This document shows, one piece after another, positions 18,257-26,554 of a DNA stretch of 64,000 nt. Positions within the stretch are counted from its first letter, which is position 1. Every line of letters starts with the position of its first letter. The notes under the pieces were generated by a model. The model saw nothing but the letters and a program-made list of their open reading frames with translations. It had not been told where the DNA came from and did no database searches. A program made the position numbers and the translations under genes. This DNA comes from an uncultured Gemmatimonadales bacterium (lineage in GTDB: Bacteria > Gemmatimonadota > Gemmatimonadetes > Gemmatimonadales > GWC2-71-9). Location: positions 5,429 through 69,428 of the forward strand of contig CBFGTM010000013.1 of assembly GCA_965652025.1 (NCBI GenBank). Reading direction: 5' to 3'.

Positions 18257-18419
18257 GGCACTCCTTCCGTATTCACGGGCGCAGGGGTACAGCTAGTATC
18301 GCGGCCCGGGTCCCACCACACAAGGGTCAAGTCTTGCATGGGTTTGAGGCTCGCCCTTTGCCGCCGCTCATCGCACAAAAACGGTGCCGTGCGAGGAGCA
18401 ATACCCGCTATTCTGCGAC

Positions 18420-18845
18420 ATGACCCGCGGCCATTCCGTCCCCGAGCTCATGCTGGTCCTTGCAGTGGTCGGACTTCTCCTCGGCATTGCGGTTCCCCGA
18501 TTTTCCCGGGTCATGGACTACATCGCAGTCGAGGCAACCGCCACCGGGGTAATCGCCGCGCATCAGCGGGCCCGCATGATGGCCATCGTGCGGGGGCAAG
18601 TCCTCACCCTGGACATCGACTCGACCCAGCTGCGCATCGCGCTGCCGAGTGGCGTCATCCCACTGTGGCTGCAGGACGGTCCCGTCACCTCCGGTGTCAG
18701 GCTCAGCGGACCAACTCGCCGCTTCACATTTTCTCCCACCGGCATCACCCTGGGGCTCTCTAATGCATCACTCCTGCTCTCCCGCGGCCCCAGTACCCGC
18801 ACCGTGGTGTTCTCCCGCCTCGGCCGGGTTCGCGTACAGCGATAA
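18420..18845 (+). CDS. GspH/FimT-like pseudopilin (prepilin-type N-terminal domain)
   Basis: From the ATG at 18420: MTRG|HSVPELMLVLAVVGLLLGIAVPRF. Gly precedes a hydrophobic helix and Glu sits at +5. The ~140-aa size fits minor pseudopilins. Confidence 0.65.
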   Translation: MTRGHSVPELMLVLAVVGLLLGIAVPRFSRVMDYIAVEATATGVIAAHQRARMMAIVRGQVLTLDIDSTQLRIALPSGVIPLWLQDGPVTSGVRLSGPTRRFTFSPTGITLGLSNASLLLSRGPSTRTVVFSRLGRVRVQR

Positions 18846-18929
18846 ACGTCGGACGCCTGGAGGGCGACGGCCCCTTCAGCGGACGGCTGGTCCGGCGGCC
18901 AACGTGGCGCCGGGCCTTTTGCGTGGGTG

Positions 18930-19529
18930 TTAACCTGACGGCGTGAGCCGGAACAGAACGTCGGCATGCACCACGATGTCTTCATACATTCTGAGCACGC
19001 CAAGCAGCTTGCTGAGCCCGCCGATTCGGTAGTCCTTGAGATTCAGGGGAAAATCGCTGCGGACCCGCGCGTCGGATCCAGTGAACTGTATCGTTCCCGG
19101 CAGCTCGACATTTCGGGTGACGCCATGAATCCGAAGCGCACCCTTGAGGATCACCCCTACGCTGTCCGCCGAGCCGCCGGTGCGGGTAATGCCGGCCAGA
19201 TCGAAACGGAGCACCGGATACTTCTCAGACTCCATCGACTTGTTGAGGTCCTTGTCCCGCTTCCGGTTTCCGGTCTTGAGCGTGCTGACCGGCGCCTCGA
19301 CCCATCCCCGCACTCCCGGAAGGCTGGAAGCCCCCTGCAGCTGGCCGGAGACAGTTTTCGTGGTTCCGGTAAAGTCGCCGGCGGTGGCGTGACCGTCGAA
19401 GCTCAGCGTGCCCGCGATGGCCCGTCCCGGGGGGATGGGACGGGATTCCTGGGCCAACCCCGGTGTGCCCGACAGACACGCCAGCAATGCGCCCAGCACC
19501 ACGATCGCGTCAGGGAAGATCGAGTCCAT
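18930..19529 (-). CDS. YceI-family periplasmic protein
   Basis: 199 aa with a signal peptide. It shows the F.G.....G.F.G and R..D..L......E.YP...F pattern typical of YceI. Confidence 0.8.
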   Translation of the reverse strand: MDSIFPDAIVVLGALLACLSGTPGLAQESRPIPPGRAIAGTLSFDGHATAGDFTGTTKTVSGQLQGASSLPGVRGWVEAPVSTLKTGNRKRDKDLNKSMESEKYPVLRFDLAGITRTGGSADSVGVILKGALRIHGVTRNVELPGTIQFTGSDARVRSDFPLNLKDYRIGGLSKLLGVLRMYEDIVVHADVLFRLTPSG

Positions 19530-19884
19530 ACTTCCGAACCTTGTGCAGCAAGGTCGACCGGGAAATGCCCAGGATGTGAGCAGCCTTTCGCTTGTTGCCT
19601 GCGGTGAACTGCAGGACCCGGGCTATGTGCCGGCGCTCGGCGGCGTCCAGCGAATCCGGCTCGGTCTCGCCGAGCGAACCGATCGCGCGGCGCAACGTGG
19701 CCAGGTCGAGGTCAGGAAAATCGAGGTCGAGCAACAGGGTGTCGGCGTCCGCTCCCATGAGCCCTGCTGCTGCCGACGGGGTGGTGACCGCTATGATTTG
19801 GTGATCGGCGCGGCGCAGGAGCTCGGCGAGCTCGTCCCCTCGGGCGGCATCGCGATGCGCTACGAGAATCCGCAGCGGCTTCAT
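19510..19884 (-). CDS. Fis-type HTH (HTH_8) protein with a short receiver-like N-terminus
   Basis: From the ATG at 19884 the protein starts MKPLRILVAH. The C-terminus is AERRHIARVLQFTAGNKRKAAHILGISRSTLLHKVRKYG, as in NtrC-family DNA-binding tails. The track's TTG start at 19914 would sit within the tail of the upstream terminator. Confidence 0.7.
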   Translation of the reverse strand: MKPLRILVAHRDAARGDELAELLRRADHQIIAVTTPSAAAGLMGADADTLLLDLDFPDLDLATLRRAIGSLGETEPDSLDAAERRHIARVLQFTAGNKRKAAHILGISRSTLLHKVRKYGLDLP

Positions 19885-19920
19885 GGGTGCAATATACGGC
19901 TTCGGAGGATACAAAACGGA

Positions 19921-19950
19921 ACGGCCGTCTAGTCGTGGCTAGACGGCCGT
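19921..19950 (-). terminator. intrinsic terminator (minus strand)
   Basis: A perfect 12-bp stem: acggccgtctag (19921-19932) pairs with ctagacggccgt (19939-19950), with a 6-nt loop. On the minus strand it is followed by UCCGUUUUGU. Confidence 0.55.
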
Positions 19951-20490
19951 CCCCCGCATGGACTACCCAAGGTCGTGGCGTGTCAGCCGCCGTTCTTCTT
20001 TCACCTGCCACCGGTTGGCTGGTGCGCCGCTCGGGAGGGCTAGGTGAAGCCTTGGCTTCGATCCCCAGGCCGGATGGCCATCCCACCTGGTTCGTCTATG
20101 GGAGCGCTGCGAGTCAGATCGGGTCGCGGACCGACCTTTCGCACTGCACCCCGAGGCGCTAGATCGGGGCGGGTGAAGCACGCGACTGGCTTCACCTGCT
20201 TGAGCCGGGGTGATCACCGGGATCTGCGAGTGCCTGAGCCCTTGGTTGCGTCGGCCCTCTCCCCCGATATCCCGCTCAAACCCACCTACCGGCCGCCACT
20301 GCGACTGAGAGTCCCAGCACGTTCCTGTAAGCGCGTGGGCCAAAGATAGGTTTCGGCCGATATCTCGCAAGTGCCCATGTTTCTTCGGGTTAGGCTACTA
20401 CGGAGTGGAGCTGGTGTGGATAACTAAGGTATGGAAATCCTTCAGACTAGGCCCTTCCATCCACACGATGTTGACATGTGAATCCACATC
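19951..20490 (-). ncRNA. candidate structured noncoding RNA or long 3' UTR (class not identified)
   Basis: 540 bp with no credible ORF in any frame. Several strong local hairpins are present (e.g. ggtgaagc 20172-20179 / gcttcacc 20189-20196, and the GGTGATCACC palindrome at 20209-20218). The region ends at the minus-strand terminator. The strand call rests only on that terminator. Confidence 0.3.
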
Positions 20491-21054
20491 CTAACCGGCC
20501 GAAGGGCTCCGGGTAGATCCGGCGGGGAGGACCCGAATTCCCATGATCTGCAGAAAAGACTGGAGGCTGTGCTCGTAGCTGCGGATTGAGCGCTGGACCT
20601 TGATGGCGCGATCGTTCCCGTACCCCCTCACCCGCTCCCCCTGATCTTCCTGGCTCATGGCCGCGAACTCGGTTTCACAACGGCCCAGGACGGTCTTGAG
20701 GGTGTCGAGGGCAGTGACCAGCTCGCGCCGACGGGCCAGTTTATTCTGGTCACTCAGCTCCGCCGACTGCACCACGTCGCGGGTCGGCGGAACGGCGCGG
20801 CGGGAGCGGGCGCAGGCGTCGCGCATGACCCGTGCGCGGGCAACCAGAGCCTGTCCGGAAGCAGTCGAGTAGTCCCGCTGGAGCCTCGCTGCCGCACCAT
20901 CCACAGTGACCAGCGAGTCGCGGAGCACGACGATAGCATCCCGGAGCGTCGCCCGCGCCGAGTCGAGGGGGGGAGCTGGACGCACGACAGTCTGCGCCCC
21001 GAGCTCGGGGGCGATGAGTAATGCCATCACCCCCACCATCCTGAGACAGTTCAT
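20491..21054 (-). CDS. secreted helical protein, function unknown
   Basis: The start at 21054 (MNCLRMVGVMALLIAPELGAQ) gives a signal peptide and an ATGA overlap with the upstream ORF. The longer 234-aa form in the track is probably an extension. Confidence 0.55.
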   Translation of the reverse strand: MNCLRMVGVMALLIAPELGAQTVVRPAPPLDSARATLRDAIVVLRDSLVTVDGAAARLQRDYSTASGQALVARARVMRDACARSRRAVPPTRDVVQSAELSDQNKLARRRELVTALDTLKTVLGRCETEFAAMSQEDQGERVRGYGNDRAIKVQRSIRSYEHSLQSFLQIMGIRVLPAGSTRSPSAG

Positions 21055-21662
21055 GATTCCATTCCCACTTCGATGTAGCGGTAGCTCGGTTCGCCTTCGG
21101 GTGAGGAGAAGAGGCAGCCCGCCGAACTGGAGGCGAACCAGCCGGCAACCAGCGGCCTCGGGAGGTCCAACTCGTTGATAATAGCCCCCAGCCAACGCCG
21201 CAGATGGCGGATCTCGGGTGCACGACGACTCAGCAAGGCCAGTAGCGCACCGGCGCCTGATGTCGCCCGGAGAAAGTGGGCCAGCCCGTGAGCCCGCTGA
21301 GTGAACTCGACCGCCTTGACCCCCGGCTCGTCGAACAGAATGGCTCCCTCGAACACATCCATGGGCGGAGCGTCCAGCCGGGGGCCCAGATAGACATAGC
21401 GTCTTCCCCCCTGTCCCTTCCGCTCGATTACGGCTGCTGCCGTTTCACTGGTGAGTCGGGCCGCATGGAGCAGGTCATCGTCCTGCAGGATCCCTACCGC
21501 GCCGGTCCACTCCAGGGCCGCGAGGGCCGTCTCGAGGGGACACCCGAGGGCATCATCGAACGCCAGCAGCCGAGGAGCTTCCCCGGCCCGAAGGACGAAG
21601 TGGGAAAGCCCCTCCGCCCGATCGGTGAAGGTCCGGACGGAGAGGGTCTGTGGCGCGGCCAT
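21051..21662 (-). CDS. hypothetical protein (203 aa)
   Basis: The ORF has a plausible amino-acid composition and is translationally coupled to the downstream gene. No family recognised. Confidence 0.55.
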   Translation of the reverse strand: MAAPQTLSVRTFTDRAEGLSHFVLRAGEAPRLLAFDDALGCPLETALAALEWTGAVGILQDDDLLHAARLTSETAAAVIERKGQGGRRYVYLGPRLDAPPMDVFEGAILFDEPGVKAVEFTQRAHGLAHFLRATSGAGALLALLSRRAPEIRHLRRWLGAIINELDLPRPLVAGWFASSSAGCLFSSPEGEPSYRYIEVGMES

Positions 21663-21687
21663 GTGGTAAATGTACCCGAAAGTAGAG

Positions 21688-21709
21688 AACCAGGGAACGT
21701 TCCCTGGTT
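21688..21709. promoter_or_regulatory. perfect 22-bp palindrome in a divergent promoter region (candidate operator)
   Basis: AACCAGGGAAC|GTTCCCTGGTT. It lies between the start of the minus-strand unknown operon (21662) and the ogt start (21760). Confidence 0.5.
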
Positions 21710-21759
21710 ACTTTCCTCGCGCTAAGTTAGGTCATCAGGTCGAAATCGCAGAGGACGGG

Positions 21760-22281
21760 ATGCGTGTGGAGTGGACGTCGTACAGCTCGCCCATTGGCGC
21801 GTTGACGGTGGTGGAATGTGAGGCCGGCCCTCTCGTCATCGAGTTTCCCAATCGGGCTGTGACGATCAAGTGGGCGGTCCGCCTCCGGGCCGCCGTGCCG
21901 GAGCTCCACATTGCCCAGGGTGAATGTCGTCTGACGACGGTGTGGCTGGATGAGTACTTTGCCGGCGCTCCTCGGCCATTTCCCTTTCCCGACTATCTGA
22001 AGCGCTGGTTCGATCTGTCCCCCGCCCAGATCACCGTCTTCAAGGCGCTCCGAAAGATTCCCCTGGGAGAGACCCGGTCCTACGACGCTGTGGCCCGGGC
22101 AACCCACCTGCACCCGCGGCAAATCGGCTGGCTGGTGGCGGCCAATCATCTGGCCATCCTCATCCCCTGTCATCGAGTGGTGGGAAAGGACGGCGGGCTG
22201 GTGGGCTATGGGGGTGGATTGGCCAAGAAGAGATGGCTGCTGGATCATGAGCTGAGAGCGGCCGGCGTGGTCTTGAGATAG
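21760..22281 (+). CDS. ogt: methylated-DNA--protein-cysteine methyltransferase
   Basis: Active-site IPCHRVV and the upstream LRKIPLGETRSYDAVA helix-turn-wing. Start taken at the ATG at 21760 (MRVEWTSYSSPIG). Confidence 0.9.
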   Translation: MRVEWTSYSSPIGALTVVECEAGPLVIEFPNRAVTIKWAVRLRAAVPELHIAQGECRLTTVWLDEYFAGAPRPFPFPDYLKRWFDLSPAQITVFKALRKIPLGETRSYDAVARATHLHPRQIGWLVAANHLAILIPCHRVVGKDGGLVGYGGGLAKKRWLLDHELRAAGVVLR

Positions 22282-22420
22282 TCGAGCAAGGCTTTGCGCT
22301 ACTGACGAGCGCGCGACCCGAGACCCGCAACTCGCGTCTACCCCGTTGACAAAACCGTGCTCCCGCATGACCTTTTGGCATGCAGAACGCTGTTCCTCCC
22401 TTCTATTTTTAAATAGCTTG

Positions 22421-22453
22421 GGCCGTCGGACGACATGTCCGGGCGGCTTTTTT
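22421..22453 (+). terminator. intrinsic terminator/attenuator hairpin with U7 tract
   Basis: gccgtcggac (22421-22430) pairs with gtccgggcggc (22436-22446), giving 10 bp with one bulge. TTTTTTT follows. It sits 81 nt upstream of the csp ATG. Confidence 0.6.
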
Positions 22454-22533
22454 TAGGGGTTTTTAACCCAGCCACACCGGCTGGGGGTTTTCCCCCCGGG
22501 GCCTTTGGGTCCCCTTTTCAAGAGGTTGCAGCA

Positions 22534-22734
22534 ATGGCGAAGGGCACGGTCAAGTGGTTCAATGATGCGAAGGGGTTCGGCTTCATCGCACAGGACGGTG
22601 GCAAGGACGTGTTCGTGCACCACACGGCAATTATCGCAGATGGCTTCCGTTCGCTTTCCGAAGGAGACAACGTGGAGTTCGAGGTGGTCGAGGGTCCCAA
22701 GGGACTCCAGGCCTCGAACGTCCGTAAGGTCTGA
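22534..22734 (+). CDS. cspA: cold-shock protein (CspA family)
   Basis: [33 protein letters not shown]. The RNP1 (KGFGFI) and RNP2 (VFVHH) motifs are present. 66 aa. Confidence 0.95.
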   Translation: MAKGTVKWFNDAKGFGFIAQDGGKDVFVHHTAIIADGFRSLSEGDNVEFEVVEGPKGLQASNVRKV

Positions 22735-22774
22735 CACCCCAGCGCCCTTCCCATTAATCGCTAGTTAACAGCCA

Positions 22775-22805
22775 CCCCCCGCCATCAAAGGCGGGGGGCT
22801 TCTGG
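22775..22805 (+). terminator. intrinsic terminator after csp
   Basis: ccccccgcc (22775-22783) pairs with ggcgggggg (22790-22798) around a 6-nt loop. A short, weak U tract (cuucu) follows. Confidence 0.5.
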
Positions 22806-22869
22806 CATCTCTCCAGTTACCGCCTGATTGACCGATACTCCTCGTATCTCGTACGAGGTCGTTTGTCCC

Positions 22870-23463
22870 ATGCTGACAGCGGTCCGCGCCAGCCTCATCG
22901 CAGCTCTCCTGCTCCTGCCATCGGGAGATCACGTCAAGGCCGCGCAGGCGGTGGGCGACAGCACCGGTCTCCAGTTCCTCGGGTTTCGGCCCGGCGCCCG
23001 GCTGGAGGAGCTCAACCGGCAATTGCGCAGCGTCGGTGGTGGCCCCCTTCGCTGTCGCAGAGCTCGCGCCGATCAACGAGTCTCGGAATGCCGAGGGATT
23101 GTCGAAAGCCCGGACTCCCGGCCGCCGATCGAGGTGTGGGTCTCGGCCATCGACAGCGCCGCGGGTGTCATGACCATCTCGGGACGGGTGGACTCGACCC
23201 AGCTGGAGGCCTGGCGGAGAACCTTGCAGGATCGCTACGGCCGAGTTGGGCTTCGGACCCAGGGAAAGCAGTCGATGCTGCAGTGGGTCAGGCGCGGCCG
23301 CATGATCCGCCTCACGTGGCGGTGGGAACGGCGGGAGCAGGTAGCATCCGTGAGTCTGGTCGACGGACACGTGCTGGACAGTTGGGGGAAGTCTCAGGTG
23401 CGCGCGGCGGCCACCGACACCAGTCGGCCAGCAGCCAGTCAACCCGACAGACGGACCAGGTAA
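22870..23463 (+). CDS. secreted protein, function unknown
   Basis: The ATG at 22870 gives MLTAVRASLIAALLLLPSGDHVKAAQA (signal-like). No family recognised. Confidence 0.5.
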   Translation: MLTAVRASLIAALLLLPSGDHVKAAQAVGDSTGLQFLGFRPGARLEELNRQLRSVGGGPLRCRRARADQRVSECRGIVESPDSRPPIEVWVSAIDSAAGVMTISGRVDSTQLEAWRRTLQDRYGRVGLRTQGKQSMLQWVRRGRMIRLTWRWERREQVASVSLVDGHVLDSWGKSQVRAAATDTSRPAASQPDRRTR

Positions 23464-23724
23464 CTCCCCTCGGTGTCCTCCAGCTCATAGTCGCGCACGA
23501 TGCGACCCGACTCTTTCAAAGCGCGCAATAGGGCGCGAACCCGTGAGCGTATCGGCGCACCACCGCCGCCCCGACCTCGACCCGTGATCAGCCGGACCAC
23601 TCCTCCCTGGCCGCGCTTTCCCTTGGGCTCGAAGGAAGCGCTCGGCATTGCTGACCGCCTCGAGCAGGCTCTGGCCGTGCAAGTCGAAGATCGCATCGGG
23701 TGAGCGGTCGGTCCAATCAGGCAT
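23439..23724 (-). pseudogene. Smr-domain protein split by a frameshift
   Basis: The N-terminal Smr motif (IFDLHGQSLLEAVSNAERFL) is in the frame starting at 23724. The C-terminal part (GGVVRLITGRGRGGGG..IRSRVRALL) is in the frame ending at 23439. The switch must lie between 23598 and 23634. Confidence 0.55.
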
Positions 23725-24853
23725 GCGGAAAGCTACTATGAGCAGCAGACTGCTGATCGGATGGCTGATACTCTCCCTGAGCGCCTGTAACTGGTCTCAG
23801 GAGCCGGTTCGAATCGGGCTGGCCGGCTCGCTCAGCGACCCGGTCGGCATTCCCATGAAGCGGGCCGCCGAGCTGGCCGCCGAGGAGATCAATGCCCGGG
23901 GTGGGATCGGGGGCCGGCCGCTGGAGCTGGTGGAGCGCGACGACTACGCCGATCCGGATTCCGCGGTGTTCGTGGCCACCGACCTCTACGAAGCCGGCGT
24001 GTCCGCCGTGATCGGGCATCTGTTTTCCACCACTACCATCGCGGCCTCTCCGGTATACAACGGCGGGCGAGACCCGGTGGCCGCGATTTCACCCTCCTCT
24101 TCGTCTCCTGAGATCTCGACCGCGGGAGACTATACCTTCCGCATCTGCCCCAGCGACCTGGCCCATGGTGGCGCGCTCGCCCGGTGGGTCTATGACACGC
24201 TTGGCCTCCATCGCGGTGCGGTGCTCTACCTCAACGACCAGTATGGCCGGGGCGTCCGGCAGGCTTTCGTGCGGGATTTCACTCGCCGAGGTGGCGAGCT
24301 GGTAGCGATCGATCCCTATCTGGGAGACACGCCGGCGGTGGGGGCCTATCTGGACCGGCTGGTCAAGCTTGGCACGGCCCAGTTCCTGGTAGTTGCAGGG
24401 AATCGCGCCGAGGCCGAGGAGATCTTGCGGCAGACCCGGACCCGCGGGCTGCGGGTGCCGGTGCTCGGTGGCGACGGCCTGGAAGGCATCGAAGAGGCCG
24501 GAGCTATTGCGGAGGGCGTCTATCTCTCATCGGCCTACCTGCCCACCCTCAACACCCCGGCCAACCGGGCGTTCTTGCTGGCTTATCGCAAGAAGTACCC
24601 CAGTGCCGGACTGCCCAACCAACCGGCAGCGGCGACCTACGATGCCGTCTACCTGCTCCGGGACGTAATTGCCAGGGCAGGTCCCAAGCGGCAGGACGTG
24701 CGCCGCGCACTGGCCCGCCTCGGTAGCCAGGACCCTCCTTTTCGGGGAGTCACCGGCACAGTGGCTTTTGATATCCGGGGCGATGTCCCCTATCAGGCCG
24801 TGTACATCGGCATCGTCCAGGACGGCGGTGTTCATCTCGCGAGGACCCGGTGA
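23723..24853 (+). CDS. LivJ-type (Peripla_BP_6) substrate-binding lipoprotein
   Basis: Lipobox [47 protein letters not shown] is typical of branched-chain amino-acid/amide binding proteins. Confidence 0.85.
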   Translation: MRKATMSSRLLIGWLILSLSACNWSQEPVRIGLAGSLSDPVGIPMKRAAELAAEEINARGGIGGRPLELVERDDYADPDSAVFVATDLYEAGVSAVIGHLFSTTTIAASPVYNGGRDPVAAISPSSSSPEISTAGDYTFRICPSDLAHGGALARWVYDTLGLHRGAVLYLNDQYGRGVRQAFVRDFTRRGGELVAIDPYLGDTPAVGAYLDRLVKLGTAQFLVVAGNRAEAEEILRQTRTRGLRVPVLGGDGLEGIEEAGAIAEGVYLSSAYLPTLNTPANRAFLLAYRKKYPSAGLPNQPAAATYDAVYLLRDVIARAGPKRQDVRRALARLGSQDPPFRGVTGTVAFDIRGDVPYQAVYIGIVQDGGVHLARTR

Positions 24854-26544
24854 AAATGCTCCAGAGTCTTCGCAGCCGGGTCATGTGGGGGATGGTCGTG
24901 CTCCTGGTCCTTGTGGCCGGGATTGCCCTGCTGGGGGTCAACTCTATCAGCTCTCTGAACCGGTCGGTCGATCAGGAGCTGTCCCTGCTGCTGGAGACCA
25001 CCGATCTCAGCAACGGTCTGATCGCGTCGCTGAGCGGCGAGGTTCGTTCCGCAGAACAATATCTCCTGCGACCCACCGAGGCTGCCCGGCGGCGCTTCCG
25101 GGATGAAGGCGACTCGGCCTACGTCTATCACCGTCGCTATCGAACCCTGCGAGCGCTCACCACCTCCGATCGCTATATCGTCAACAAGATTGCCTCCAAC
25201 CAAGCCCAGTTGGAGGTGAACTACGCGATGGCTCACGCGCTGGCCGATCTGGGCCGGGTCGAGGAGGCGCGACGCGAAGCGGAGCGGGCGCGAGCCCCTT
25301 CGGACACTCTCCTGGGTGACGTTCGGGCACTGGCCCTGGCGCAGACCAACCGCTCCCTGGTGCGAGCCAACGAGCTGCGGCGGGAGGCGCAGCAGCGCCG
25401 CTCGCTGCTCTGGCTCCTCTTCTGTACGTCCCTGGCCCTCGGTGCCATCACTTCAGTGCAGACCGTCCGCTGGGTGGATCTGCCGTTGCGACGCCTGGTC
25501 GGGGCAGCGGATCGGTTTGGCGCCGGCGACCTGCGTCGGGTGCAGCTGGGCAAGATGCCGACTGAGCTGGAGCAACTGGCTCGGGCCATGGACAGCATGG
25601 CCGGACGTCTCCGTGGGGTCGTGGTCTCGGTGGTGAAGGAAGCGAGCCAGATCGGCAACAGCGCCACCGACTTCTCGGCCATGAGCGAACAGCTCGCCGC
25701 GAGCAGTGGCCAGATCTCGACGGCCATGGTCAAGATCGCGTCCAGTGCGGAACAGCAGGTGCAAGGGATGGAGAAGGCTGATGCACTGCTGCTCAGTCTC
25801 CGCCATATCGCCGAAACCAATGCCACGGCGTCGGCCAAGATGGTCGAGTTGGGAGATCGGATCCGCGAACTGGCCGCCCGGCATCAATCGGATGTTGCCG
25901 CGGCCGGCCAGACCCTGCTCGACATCCAGCAGATCGTCGCCACCTCGGCCCGCCAGGTGCAGGAGCTGACCCGGCTCTCCGAGCCGATTACCGCGTTCAT
26001 CGATCTCATCCGCCAGATCTCGACCCAGACCAATCTGTTGGCGCTCAACGCCGCCATCGAGGCGGCACGGGCGGGGGAGCATGGGCGGGGATTTGCTGTC
26101 GTGGCTGAGGAAGTCCGGCGGCTCGCCGACTCCAGCGCCAGTGCCGCGGAAGATGTGGCCAAGACCGTCCAGTTCATCCGGGGTCAGGTCCGGGAGGTCT
26201 CCACCACCATGGATGCAGGTTCAGCCCGGGTGCAGGGGATCGAGCTGGTGGCCAAGGCGGCGGCGCGAGCACTGGAGGAGATCGCAGCCGCGGTACAGCA
26301 AGTCCACACCGCGGCCGGAGAGGTGGTACGGGAGGCCGAAGCCAATCGAACGATTGTGGCGGAACTGGGAGAGCGGACTCAGGAGGTAAGTCAGGCAGCC
26401 AGCGAGCATGCCTCAGCCAGTGAGCAGGTCACCGCCGCTGCTGAACAGCAAACCGCCTCGACTCAGGAGATGGCCGCGTCTGCCGGAGACCTGCTCCAGG
26501 GGGCCACTCGTCTGACGGCCTTGATGCAGGACTTCAAGACGTAG
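24850..26544 (+). CDS. methyl-accepting chemotaxis protein
   Basis: An N-terminal TM segment, a ~170-aa periplasmic region, a second TM and a HAMP domain. The signalling hairpin reads [34 protein letters not shown]. The GTG start overlaps the SBP stop (GTGA). Confidence 0.9.
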   Translation: MKMLQSLRSRVMWGMVVLLVLVAGIALLGVNSISSLNRSVDQELSLLLETTDLSNGLIASLSGEVRSAEQYLLRPTEAARRRFRDEGDSAYVYHRRYRTLRALTTSDRYIVNKIASNQAQLEVNYAMAHALADLGRVEEARREAERARAPSDTLLGDVRALALAQTNRSLVRANELRREAQQRRSLLWLLFCTSLALGAITSVQTVRWVDLPLRRLVGAADRFGAGDLRRVQLGKMPTELEQLARAMDSMAGRLRGVVVSVVKEASQIGNSATDFSAMSEQLAASSGQISTAMVKIASSAEQQVQGMEKADALLLSLRHIAETNATASAKMVELGDRIRELAARHQSDVAAAGQTLLDIQQIVATSARQVQELTRLSEPITAFIDLIRQISTQTNLLALNAAIEAARAGEHGRGFAVVAEEVRRLADSSASAAEDVAKTVQFIRGQVREVSTTMDAGSARVQGIELVAKAAARALEEIAAAVQQVHTAAGEVVREAEANRTIVAELGERTQEVSQAASEHASASEQVTAAAEQQTASTQEMAASAGDLLQGATRLTALMQDFKT

Positions 26545-26554
26545 CCGCCAGCAG

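Noticed and set aside
20040-20075. tRNA-like T-arm (GGCTTCGATCCCC followed by ..GGATGGCCA)
   Set aside because: The putative T-stem does not pair (the position-53/61 equivalent is C-C). I could find no D-arm, anticodon arm or 7-bp acceptor stem.
19963-20370. 135-aa minus-strand ORF (and the 101-aa plus-strand ORF at 20044-20349) inside the noncoding island
   Set aside because: The translations are Arg/Ser/Gly/Pro-rich strings with no hydrophobic periodicity or motif. These are typical random ORFs in GC-rich DNA. The region is better treated as noncoding.
19951-20400. Possible tmRNA, RNase P RNA or SRP RNA
   Set aside because: I looked on both strands for hallmark sequences: a GGGG..UUCGAC 5' end and a T-arm plus ..CCACCA 3' end with an Ala-rich tag ORF for tmRNA; GGAAAGUCCGG and ACAGAACCCGGCUUA for RNase P; GGAAGCAGCC for SRP. 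None is present. A covariance-model scan is still needed.
21688-21709. Palindrome as a LexA (Cheo-type GAAC-N4-GTTC) box
   Set aside because: GAAC and GTTC are directly abutted (GAACGTTC) rather than separated by 4 nt. I know of no LexA consensus that matches the full 22-mer. It is kept only as a generic operator candidate.
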